Of a DNA stretch of 64,000 nt, positions 1 to 11,111 are shown piece after piece. Every line of letters starts with the position of its first letter. The stretch's first letter is position 1. Position numbers and translations under genes: made by a program. A model generated the notes under the pieces. It saw only the letters and a list, made by a program, of their open reading frames with translations, ran no database searches and was not told the DNA's origin. The DNA lies in contig CBFDEM010000062.1 in the NCBI GenBank assembly GCA_965603825.1, positions 124,001 through 188,000 on the forward strand, in the 5' to 3' direction. The stretch comes from Blepharisma stoltei ATCC 30299 (lineage: Eukaryota > Protista > Ciliophora).

Positions 1-776
1 GTGATTGCGTTGTTCCCCAGCCTATTCAAGTATTTTTTGGCTAAAATCCTTGCTAAATATTTTTTATGTGCAAATTGTAACTGCTCTTTTCTCGTTCTTG
101 CCTGGACTTTTCTTCTTTCTGCTTCGTCCCTTCTTCTAAGCTCTTCTGCTTCTAATCTTTGCACCTCTATAAGTTTCGCATTCCTTTTCTGCTCAAACTC
201 CCTCTGATGCTTTCTCATAGCTTCCAGTTCTTCTTCTTCAAGTACTTCCATTCTACCCTGCTCTAGCGATTTTCCTATCAAGACTTCTAATATGGGCGCC
301 ACTTCTAAGTCAAAATCAAATAACTCGCCATCTTCTACCTGCGTAATCACATCTTCACCGATTTTTTTCGGCATGAATAAAGGTGTAGGCGGGCGGTCCA
401 TAAGGTAATCAGTCTGGGTTTCAATTTCGAATTCTTTTGGCTTGTCAGAGAGCTCTTCTGGCATATTTTCAGTTTGGGCCTCTTCGTGCTTTCGCCCTTC
501 TACAGGCTCTGGGGTATGGATTTCACGGTCTTTTTCTTCTGTGGCTTGTTTTTGTAAGCCGTCAGATTTTGTGAACTTTTTTTGAGTTTTTTCGAGTTCT
601 TGAGGTGCATTGGAAGGGACGATCATTGCAGCATAGGTGTTGCCTCTGACGACGCGCTTATCTCACATGATATTGACTGAGGCCTGACCTTCTTCAGGCT
701 CTCGGTATTTGGTGTTGCGGGCTTTTACAGCGCGAGGCTCTGATGAGAATTGGTAATCTCCTGTTAGTGCTGCCAT
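1..776 (-). CDS. RSP3: Radial spoke protein 3 (3' end runs off the window)
   Basis: ATG at 776; MAALTGDYQFSSEPRAV...VNIM[TGA 663-665]DKRVVRGNTYA...TQTDYLMDRPPTPLFMP...ELFDFDLEVAPILEVLIGKSLEQGRMEVLEEEEL matches the RSP3 signature. Absent from the ORF track. Confidence 0.9.
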
Positions 777-860
777 GGTTTTATTATAACTGTCTTATGA
801 ATGAAATTTGGATTTAAGATGGAAGAAAATAAAGACTTAGGAAAATATGTTACAGATTAG

Positions 861-1580
861 CTAATTTGAGTCAGAGTTATATCTGCTATTGTGGATTTGT
901 TCAATTTTATATCTGGCCATCAAAATAATTTCGTCGCATTTGTCCATGAGTCTGTCTAGAAGAAGCCGTTCATCTTTAATCATTTGGATTCTTAAGCAGA
1001 GCATGCATTTTTTATTAATAGAGTCGTCAGTGATTAAATCAAACCACCCTTCTTTTAGCAGCTGGTCATCTAAATTGTCTAATTTCAAGGTATAATTCCC
1101 TAATAGCTCGTCTTCCCTCATATTTCTTTTTAGCAGAACTTTAAAATCAATGCTTTCAAATGATCACATGGTGTTTCTAAACTGAATAAATCGATATCAA
1201 TAAGGCTTATAACTGTCAGACTCGTGGGTCTCGACAATTGGGCCATTAGGCTCTAAAGATATTTTAACATATGGCTTACTTTGAGAAAAACAATTATTGT
1301 TTTTGTATAAATTATGTCCTTTTTGTATTTCAATATTTAGTTCTGGCACAGCTTGGGACCCTTGAATTATGTTTTCTTTTTTATATTGGCATCCTTTTTT
1401 CATTTTGATAAGAAAATTAATTTTTTGTTCGAGATTCGTTACATTCGTTTCTTCAGCAATTTCTTTGCTGAAAAAATCGATCCTGGGGATATATCGGAAA
1501 TATGAATCATTTTTTGGGTTTGACTGGAGCAAATGCTCTTCAATTTCTGATTCATTAGGACGACTAGCACAATCACCCAT
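861..1580 (-). CDS. C2-domain protein, 239 aa, probable N-myristoylation/palmitoylation (MGDC)
   Basis: Two track ORFs join in frame through two TGA (720 nt); C2-like LNIEIQKGHNL...KPYVKISL...PYW...DELLG...L..L.DQ...EGWF; ends TAG. Confidence 0.7.
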
Positions 1581-1767
1581 TTTTATATTAATCCATTTTA
1601 AAGATGGTGACTCAGAGATATTCTATAAAATGAGCAGCTTGATTTCTCTAAGTAATTCTCAAAGGAATCCAGCAATAATATTTAAAAAATAATAATGCAT
1701 GTACATTCTAAAATAAAAGAATAATAAAATAAAGAATAGACTTAGCTTTTAGAATTAAATTGATCCC

Positions 1768-3794
1768 TTAAAGCAGCCCATTGCGAAACAAAATAATCTT
1801 AATATCTCTAATAGAGATGAAGCGAAGTGAATTTTCTTCTCCTAAAAGTATCGAATGAAAATCTAATAAAATTTCCAAATAGCCACACTTAACAGATGAA
1901 ATCGTCGCTGGAAACGACCATATCTTTTTATTTTCCATAAATTTGCGATTTGGAGTCTTCAGCCATTTTCCCTTTTTTACGAGAAGACTATGTATTGCTA
2001 TTTTATCACCTAGATGATAGGACTTGTTCATTGATGTGAGGGTATCTTCACGTCTTTCTTTACGTTTTCAATTACTTTTTCATTCAACTCATTAGAGTTA
2101 GAAAAAAAGATATCACTGGGTATAATGCTGGTTATAGTATGTTTCCGACAGTGTTGTAATGAAATAGAATTGAAAAAATGCTATATTTATATTATAGTGT
2201 TATATAAATTAGCTCTTTCTTGCATATAATTGCAGTAAGCTATAATTTTACTTCATCTTGATGCATTATTTTCGCTTAAGTAGCTTTTATGCAGCTGCTT
2301 ATGAAGATGCAGTAAAATGATAAAATATTTTTGTAAACTTCATAAAGTGCAATATAATTTTTTTTTAAATCTAATCTAATAATCAATTATAATTGTCCAT
2401 TTCTTTATTGCAGAATTCCTTACCGTTGTCTGTTTGTAGAATCTCTGGAAGTCTAGGTACAGATTCTAATGACAGTTGAAAGTTCTTTACAACTTCGCCA
2501 GATGTTTTGGTATATAATGGATAAGCTCACAAATACTTAGAGAAATGATCAACTATCGACAAAATGTAAGTTAAATTTATTACATTTGTTAGTATCTTGA
2601 ACGATAAAAAAATACTTATTCATCATATATGTTATAAACGAACTTGGAAACATTTGCAAGGGCAGGGCACAAGTCTATTTGAAACCTTTCTGATGGTTTT
2701 GTCGAGACAGTTTGTAATTTTATAGGAGGTTTCATTTGCTTCCCAAGTTCAACTGTGCAGATTATGCGATTTCTGATCAATAAATTTTGTTTTTTAAAAT
2801 TCATTCTTCCATTTCTCTGGGTGGTATGTGATTGCACTTATTCTGCACATGTGCTAATTGAAGATTTTTTGGAATTTCCCATATAAATGGGGTTATTAAA
2901 TTTCTGATTTTTCAAATTAATCTAGATTCAGTGTAATCATTAATATCTTCGGTCTGGGGCAAAAGTTTATAGTTAGTATGTACTCTCCTTTTATAATTTT
3001 GAAATTTCTTCTTTTCTCATAAGGTAGGTCATATAATTTGGCTGGAAAATGAAGTCTTTCTTCTTCTTTCTCTTCTGACAATAAAAAATGATATATATCA
3101 TCTAAATTCTTTTTCCCATGTGAAAGAGGAAATAGTCCAGACTTATTTTCTTCGTTTTTTAATTGGTTTAAAAGTTCTTTGTGGATACTAGCTGTTTGTG
3201 AATAAATAGAATTGTCTAATTTATGTTGTGATTTAATATTTAGAGTTGGTTTTTGAATAGAAAATCCTTTATCAATCAGCACATTATAATGAGAATTGTG
3301 CAAAAACAATAAATTTAGAGTGATCTCGTTAGGACTATCATTTTTAATAACCCATGATTGGGTCAGAATGTCTGAGTAAATGGTTATTGTAATACCAAAC
3401 AGTTCAGATGCTGCTCCAAGTTCTATTTCTCCACCCCAAAAGCCATTTGTCTTTAATTTTGTGACATATTCATAGAAATTACATTTATTTTTTAATTTGA
3501 ATGTGATTTCCAAGCAGTTCACGATACCTATCCTCATTGCTAGCAATATAATCAGCTATCATAGTCCTGATAGCAGAGTGACCTTCCTGAGTTGTGCTAT
3601 AATAAAAGAAATGGCTCGATACAAACAGTTTCCATCACCTTTGATAGGAACTAATGTAAATTCTTATAGGAGCTGTTGGATATGCTCTTATAATTGTCAA
3701 CATCTTGCTTAGTTACTTCAGAGTTAGAAATTTCTGGAATTTCAACTTGAAAAGGATTAGAAAAAGGTTCTTTCTGATCATAATCTAAAAGCAT
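1768..3794 (-). mobile_element. Decayed OTU cysteine protease + H2C2 + rve/DDE integrase element (Ginger/GIN1-like), pseudogenised
   Basis: Across frameshifts: IKGDGNCLYRAIS, H..IR..IADYI, WGGEIEL, HNSHY (OTU); LAH..NH..IY[TGA] (H2C2); ERFQIDL, YILSIVDHFSKYL[TGA]AYPL, PEILQTDNGKEFCN, YN..KH...IIP..IFF (integrase core); YHLGDKIAI...WSFPATI (C-terminal module). Boundaries are those of the remnant ORF; no termini found. Confidence 0.8.
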
Positions 3795-4033
3795 TCTGAT
3801 AAGAATTAATAGAGATAATGTCTTATCTCAAAAGACATTAAAATTCCTAATTAATAAGAATAGCATTTCAAAGATTTTTATTTTTTTAATAAGGGCCTAG
3901 ACTTTCTTTTAAAATAATAGGTACTCTTATAAATGCCTTTAGACAGGCTGAAATTTAAAATTTACTTCTGCTAGAGTAATAATAAATAGCTTCGCTCATT
4001 ATAAATTATACTTTAATTAGCATAAATCCAGTC

Positions 4034-4104
4034 GTCGGTGTAGTTTAGTGGTAGAATCTTACGTTGTGGCCGTAAGTACCTGGGCTCGATTCCCAGCACC
4101 GACA
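4034..4104 (+). tRNA. tRNA-His (GUG)
   Basis: Acceptor GTCGGTG/CACCGAC + discriminator A; anticodon arm TTACG-TTGTGGC-CGTAA; T arm CTGGG-CTCGATT-CCCAG; no encoded G-1 or CCA, as in eukaryotes. Confidence 0.95.
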
Positions 4105-4106
4105 TC

Positions 4107-4112
4107 TTTTTT
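4107..4112 (+). terminator. Pol III oligo-T terminator of tRNA-His
   Basis: T6 two nt after the discriminator base. Confidence 0.75.
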
Positions 4113-4514
4113 GCTTGAGTGTTTAATAAGCAAGTTTCAATTTATGATTATCTTTATTAAAAGCATAATGTTGAGTCTGGGATAAAATGCTAATATATTA
4201 TTTGACTTAAATGAGGGATTTGCTAATTTATTTGCTGCATTTAAAGAATTAAGCTTCAATTATCTATTAAATTATTATTATTATTTTTAAAAGAAGATAA
4301 TATACCATCTTCAAGCTAAAAATTTTTTAATTACATATTATAAAAATTGATAAAATAACTAAAAATTGTATATTACAAGTTAATTTATAACTCAAAAGAG
4401 ATATCAATAATTCTAATAAAATTAAAAATAAATGCTCTAATAACAGCAATTAGTAAAAAACTCCCTTTTATCGAGCTATCGCGATTAAATTTTAATTAAA
4501 TAATCCTTTGAAAT

Positions 4515-5186
4515 CTACGGGTCTTGAACAAAAGTATCCACAGACATATCATTTTTTATACTCGACGTATTCATTCTCATCTTTTCCACTAAATTTACCG
4601 ATTTATTAGTAATATTGCTTGAAAAACTTCTCAGCAGTTTTGACGGAGAATCAGGAGTTATATTACTCATTAGGTCAGGAATTTGCTGCTGTGGCCGAAT
4701 CTCAGTTTCATTTTTGATTTCATTGAGTTTTAGCATAACTTTTCTCTTTCGTGCAAGCTCAGACAAACTTACTTGTATATGTAAAGGTTCTTTTACGCTT
4801 GAAGCAGTTGGAGATCTGTCACTTCTTCTTGATTTATTCAACTTTTGACCAGAACTTTGGCTTGCAGGCATAGTCATAGTCCGCTTATGCTTTGGAGAGC
4901 ATAGCGTTTTAAGAAAAACCATATAGTCATCTATTACCTGCTCATTATTTTCCACTGATGCTTTTGGCTCCACAAATGGAGATACTTTAATTAATTTTAT
5001 GGGAGATTGGTCTTGGCCAGTTATGATTTTTTTATCTTCAATAAAATTTGATTCTTGCTGCTGCTTTTTCTCTTCCAATTCATTTCTAAAGCTTCCCCAC
5101 GTTTCTTTAAAAGCTTCTTCAGTTACTATCATATTTTTTCCACAATCTCCACAAAAAGAAATTGATTTACTTGAATTTTCTCCCAT
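4515..5186 (-). CDS. Hypothetical Ser/Lys-rich protein, 223 aa
   Basis: Open frame ATG to TAG; no domain recognised. Confidence 0.6.
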   Translation of the reverse strand: MGENSSKSISFCGDCGKNMIVTEEAFKETWGSFRNELEEKKQQQESNFIEDKKIITGQDQSPIKLIKVSPFVEPKASVENNEQVIDDYMVFLKTLCSPKHKRTMTMPASQSSGQKLNKSRRSDRSPTASSVKEPLHIQVSLSELARKRKVMLKLNEIKNETEIRPQQQIPDLMSNITPDSPSKLLRSFSSNITNKSVNLVEKMRMNTSSIKNDMSVDTFVQDP

Positions 5187-5207
5187 TTATATATATGTTT
5201 TTAAAAA

Positions 5208-7544
5208 TTAATAATTTCTGATTAAATCTTCAATATAATCCAGACTTCTCATAATCCCAATCTGCTGGTTTTCTATTTCCAAAATCGAATCCTGTATGAT
5301 TTTTTGGTCTTCATTAATTTTTTTTGTAGAGTGATTTAATTTAATCAAAATTTCGCTATCAGCCGTATTTTCATCCCTAGGAGTCAATTCAAACCCCAAG
5401 AGCTCTGAAAGTGTGCTTTCATCATAAATCCAGTTATCTGACGCTGAAATTTTGGTCGCCTGTGTTCTATTAGTCGCAGGGATTTTTAACTCCCTCTGAC
5501 TAACTGGCTCAAAGCTCTTCATTTCTGTGAAATTTAAAGATAGAGGTAAATGTATTGGCGAAATTGACCTAAAATCAAGCGTTGCGCTTCTGTGTCTCAT
5601 TCCTTCTTCATTGCCGTTGATTTTTGGAACTGATGTTAAAATTGATTTTTTGCGTCTTCTCATCATTTTGATGCCTTCGTCGTCATCTTCAGCGTAGACT
5701 GTAGATGACCGCCGAGGTCCTCGACGATTATTGCTAGAAAGCACATGTGACCATAAGCTTAAGTTTTTAAATTTATCAGCTGAAAACTGCATACTGGCTA
5801 CCATAATCCCAGTGTCAGCTCTGAATAAGCGATGGACGCTTTCTTCATCTTTTTCAGATACTGAAATCAAGCTGTTTTCTGAATAATTCAGATCAGGCAG
5901 CTTTGTGTTTGGGATTAAGTTTAAAGAATGCGCCAGAGATGCAGAAAATTTTGAAGCTCGGGCTTTATCGATTTCTTTGATTTCTTCATAAACGTCTGGA
6001 AATTCGTTCATAATGATAATAAAATCCCTTTTTGAGAGGACAAGGAAGCTTGATATTACAGAAATTTCAATAGAAAACAGACGAGGAGAATTAATAATAA
6101 GTTCATGCTCTCCAAAATATGACCCATCTGCCATTGTTCTGAAAGCGACCCCATTTGAAGCTCTAAATAAGACTCTTCCTTTTTTTAAAAAATACATTTC
6201 GTCAGCTATTTCTCCTTCTCGGTATACATATTCTGACCGGTTTCCAGTCATGCTTTTCAGCTTTGGGACGATAGCTGACAGAAATGAAGGGTTTCTTAGG
6301 TTGAAAAAATATATGTTATCGATTACTTTTCTATATAAATAAAGAGTGACTTCTGCTTTTAGAGATGAAGGAAGCTCGCTAAGCATAGTAGCTTCATCTA
6401 TATCTTCTGATAAATTTTCTTTGAAATTTTCAATAATTGTATGTTTGGCTTTTATTTTGACCTCATCTGGCAAATTTATGTCTTTTGATAATTCATTAAG
6501 ACTTTTTAGTCTTGTATCAATCAGCGACCTCCTTTTATCAATTGTTTTTAATTTTGACATCCAGGTGCTGATTGTATAAGAATAAAAAGTGCTCCCAAAA
6601 GCCATCAAGGATATGGCGAACACTTTTTCAACTTTCGTCCTTGCTACTATATCTCCGTAGCCAACAGTAGTAAGTGTGGTAAATACAAAATAAATAGAAG
6701 TTATATACTGTGAAAAAATCGAATCGTCCGTCATTGCATACCGGTTCATCCATGACTCATAATTCGATATCTGCAGCCTTCCTATTATATGTCAAAAACA
6801 TCCAATTATATGTACAACTATAAAATAAGTGACCAGAATTTTAAAAATTCTGAAAATCGTCATAATTTTTTGATTTTTTTTGTTTTTGTTTTCGCTTATC
6901 CACCGAGATAGGAAATTTGTGTTTTGTAAAATTCCGGAATATCGGTACAATAAGAAAAGGCGAAGTAATTTAAGGAATTTTAATAAGTCACATAATGATC
7001 CGTCAGGATCATTAATAGTTCACTTTCAGAATTCCATTGGAATCATGGCAGCTACATCAATAATAAATCAGCTTTTAATGTACATAATAACAATATCTTT
7101 TCTAGATGTCACAATTTTGTAATTGCTTTTGACATATATGGAATTTACGATAAACAGCATATTTAAAAAGATCAGACAGTCAATAGTAGTTTCTAGCTGC
7201 CATGGGTGCTTAGTTTGAAAACTCACAGTAAAAGGAAAACCTATAGCAGTTCAAATTAAAAAAGGCCAAAGAATGCAAACCCAAACCTGACTAAAAAACG
7301 AGTCAGGTCTGAAAAGATGGTCATCCTTTGGTCTTTGTTTGGTTTCTTGAACCATTGTTCAATAATGTGGCTGGGTTCCAAAAAGTTGAATGTCTTTCTT
7401 TAATCCTGATAGCCGAATAGCAGTATTTAAGGCACCTCTAAGACGCATTCATAAGAGGTCGACTCTGTGTTGTAGCTGAATTTCTCCTTTGGTCTGAGTT
7501 TCAACAGTTGAAGCGTAAAAGCCTTCAGTAGTCCCAACATTCAT
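5208..7544 (-). CDS. Cyclic-nucleotide-binding-domain K+ channel (KCNH/EAG-like), 778 aa
   Basis: TTVGYGD filter, C-linker, CNBD (YVYREGE...GSYFGE); frame extends 265 codons upstream of the track ORF through 7 TGA (e.g. YIKS-W-FIID, IGCF-W-H) to ATG 7544. Confidence 0.9.
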
Positions 7545-7721
7545 ATAATATATTGTAAATTAAAGATAATTATCATAGTTTAGATAATTTGGTATGACCA
7601 AAATATAGGAATTTTGGGAAATCTTAACGATTTGAGATTTATGAAAGAAATTTAAATTGTGCTGACGAATTAAGATGAATTTAATAAACGTCATACTTAT
7701 TTAGTAAAAATATGAATTTAA

Positions 7722-9476
7722 TTAGGCACCGAACCTTATATCAGTAGCTAAATTCCTCAATGCTCTATCGGATATCTGCAAAATTGGACCCCATTCAGCT
7801 AATAATTCAGGCTTTTCAGAAATTCCTTCTCTTGAGGAAACTGAAAATTGTGTCATTCTATTCAATAAATCCTTTTTATCACGAATATTCCCTGATTTAA
7901 ACTCTTCAACGCATCTTTTCAAATTTTCTAAATTTTCTAACAAATTATTTATTTTGTGTGTTTCTTTTTGTTCTTTAAGCTCATTGAAACTATTTATTTG
8001 TGTTCCTTCCAAAGCTTTGCATAAGCAAACAGGATACGCAAACTCTTTTCCATTAGCAACCAATTCTCCGTTTTCGCAGACAATTTTCATATCAATATTC
8101 CCAGGCAAATCTTCAATATGTCTTCCAGGGCAAAAAGAATCTGGTGGATTTTTTGTAAAAATTGGGTTAATTTCAGTGTCTCTTGCTTGCCAACTTCTCC
8201 CCAGCATCCCTGTAGGAATTAATTTAACTTGTGCAATGCTATTGTCTTGAATACAAAAATTATCCCCAATTTTAATTTTTTTTTCTATAAATGGCAGCTC
8301 TTTGTGCCCAGTGCCTGTGTTATATAAAACAGTGTTAACTTTTCCTTCTTTTACAATAATTTTGTACCGTAAAGGGACTCCTTTTGCGTCATTTTCAAAA
8401 TTCGTATAATCAGATCAGCTTTGTTCAGGTAAAATATATACAACTTCTATGGGGATTTCTTCAGATGTGTCTTCTACATGGACATGTAATAAATTTATTA
8501 CATGAGGTGACAATTCTGAGGTAAAAATTTCTATGACTGATTCATAGACAAACCCGCAGTCTTCACTTATCAAAACTTGGTTAAATTTCACAGTGCCGTC
8601 TTTGCCATCTACTTTTATTATTTTGTCTTTGTTAAAAATAATTGAGTAGTCTGAAAGCGGTAAGCCTTGAGGAGAAATTTCGATAGGGCAGCAGCTTTGT
8701 TCGTCGTCAAATTCAATAATCTGATATACAACAGTAATTATGTTTTCGTCTAAAGAGTCCATAAAGGCTTTACTGTCTTCTTCTGAAAGAGCGATAACTC
8801 CTTTTAGGTCATTTAAAGATATTTCTATATTTCTAGGTCTCAATAGTGCAATTCCATTTTTATCAGCATATTTTATCATCTTAAAATAAAAATCATTTTC
8901 TTCTCTGACGATTTCAAGCAATTGATAAGCACGCTCAGTATCTTTTTCTAATAAAATAGTTTTTCCGAACCCAGTCTGGAGCTTTTCTATTAATTCGAAT
9001 ATATGGGAATCAATTCGGTTTCTCATTGCTTGGTATGTTTCTCTAATAATGATTTTTTTAGCTTTATATTCTTCTTTAAGTTTTTTTATTCGTGATTTTA
9101 TTTCAGCGTTCATGATTGATTTTTGTTCTATTAAAGGGTTTATCCTATCAAATAATTTGCTGATTTCAGAATTTTGTGCAGAATTTTTAAAATTTCTTTT
9201 TGGCTTTTCTTCTAGATGTCTAAGTGTATCTGTTCGCTTTAGAGTTTCAGGAAATTGAATATGAATTGCATTTCCGATTAATCTTGTGAAAAATTTTAAA
9301 GATTCCACTGAAACCATTTGAGGTTTCGTCAGATTTGGTTGAACTTTATTCAGCATAACTGCCAAAGCTGGCAATAATGATTTTTTTCCTAATTCTCCTT
9401 CTAGTTTTTCTATATATGCGTTTTTCTGCTCCAATTCTTTTTCTAGTTCCTCAATCCTTCTTTGCAACTCTTCCAT
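7722..9476 (-). CDS. Hypothetical protein, 584 aa, N-terminal coiled coil
   Basis: Two track ORFs join in frame via TGA 8415-8417 and 69 stop-free codons. Confidence 0.7.
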
Positions 9477-9522
9477 TTAATTGCTGTAACTTAATTTATC
9501 TACCTATTTTTTTTAAATGTCT

Positions 9523-10428
9523 TTAGCTATCATCATTAAAAGAAAATTCTCGTTTTAATACAAAGATTGGATTCCCAGACTGTCGTATTGGCGTTGAAGG
9601 CATCGTAGATTTTTCATCATAATTTGTAGTAGGGGAAATCTTTTTCACAACAATTGATTTTTTTGATTTATAAATAGGAGACTGATTAGGTGAACCGGCA
9701 ATAAACCGAAATGCTCGAGTTCTATCTACTGAAATATTTTTTGTTCTTAAGCGTTTTTTATATGGGGATTCTGAGCCTAAATTTAGAGTAGAAGTACACA
9801 TAGGAGTGCTTGATTTTGACTTTTTCGTCCGAGTCCGAATCGGGACTTCATCTAACCCTAGATTTTGGATATCGTCTAAAAAGCTTAAAATCCCTGTATG
9901 GGGACTGATTTTTTCTTTATTTATAGTGTCTCCAAAACAGTTGTGAATGATAAGTGGAACATGAGGGATAGCAATTTTATGAGATTTACGATTTGGCTGA
10001 TCAGGAGTCATACTTCTGGGCATTTTAGCTTCATTATGATTTTTATGAGGAGCAGATATTAGTCTTGAATCGGCTTCAAAGGTGAAATTATTTATCTGTT
10101 TCTCTTTATGTTTTGCCTCAATTTTTTGGGGCTGAGCAGGCAAGGTGTTTGTGTATCCACAAATTTCAGCCTTAACCCTTGGGATTTTATGAAGCTTCTC
10201 ATCTACAGGATTTATTTTCTTTGTAATATTTGTTTCTGATGAAGAAGAGTTTAAATCGCTGTCTTTATTGATTCGTTTTAAAAAGTGGGACTTATCGTCG
10301 TTTTTCACAATTTTTTGTGGATTTAATTGATGGTTTTCCTCATCCAAAGAGAAAACTTTTGCTAAGTTATTTCCTGTTAATATATTGGTTTTGGTACGTC
10401 TGGGTTTCAATACAGTACTTACATCCAT
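9523..10428 (-). CDS. Hypothetical basic, likely disordered protein, 301 aa
   Basis: Open frame; S/T-P rich; no domain recognised. Confidence 0.6.
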   Translation of the reverse strand: MDVSTVLKPRRTKTNILTGNNLAKVFSLDEENHQLNPQKIVKNDDKSHFLKRINKDSDLNSSSSETNITKKINPVDEKLHKIPRVKAEICGYTNTLPAQPQKIEAKHKEKQINNFTFEADSRLISAPHKNHNEAKMPRSMTPDQPNRKSHKIAIPHVPLIIHNCFGDTINKEKISPHTGILSFLDDIQNLGLDEVPIRTRTKKSKSSTPMCTSTLNLGSESPYKKRLRTKNISVDRTRAFRFIAGSPNQSPIYKSKKSIVVKKISPTTNYDEKSTMPSTPIRQSGNPIFVLKREFSFNDDS

Positions 10429-11111
10429 TTGAATCGTAATTTCTAATAAAAATCTATGCCATTCTTCATCTATAAGATAGAAAATATAATACAGCTCATT
10501 ATTTCGGCATTAGAATGATCATTATCGATCATATAATTGAAGATCCAGATACATTTTTGGAATTTACAGTAAAACTGAATTTTTGATAATACATATAAAG
10601 CAATTAAATTTAAATTAAATATTGTAAAAGAGGAATCGAGAATAAAAGAACTAACAAGCAAGTAAAGTAATGGTGAAACTAATTTTATTTGTAAAAGTAT
10701 TTATTAAATATATTTTACTAAGCTAAGAGGCAAATTAAGTCTTTGATAATCTAAATAGCTTATTAATCTAGCATTTACACTATAGAAAGTTAATTTTAAA
10801 TAAAATTGCTGCTTTAAATGGGCTTGTAAACTAAAAAGGCATTTATATTGAATCTTTATTCCTTTAATATAATTTTATAGAAAGACCATGCTAATTCAGC
10901 TTGATCTTTGTTTAATTAAACACTTATATTGCTAAAATTATTAATAAAACACAATATCTATATAATTAGATTGAGAAAATTGAAGCCTCAATCCTTAAAT
11001 TTTCTATAATGTTTCAATATCTTGTCTAGAAAAATAATTCTATGGTTATTCAATTAAAAATGTCTTTTGGCAATATGATCTGTCAAATGCCCTCAAATAT
11101 TTATAAAATAA

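Noticed and set aside
1690-4030. Terminal inverted repeats or LTRs for the integrase element; 9-bp hairpin at 3816-3840
   Set aside because: No matching ends found by eye; a short AT-rich hairpin is expected by chance.
4085-4091. C54 in the tRNA T-loop (CTCGATT) as a sign of a pseudogene
   Set aside because: All stems pair, and C54 occurs in functional tRNA-His, e.g. in plants.
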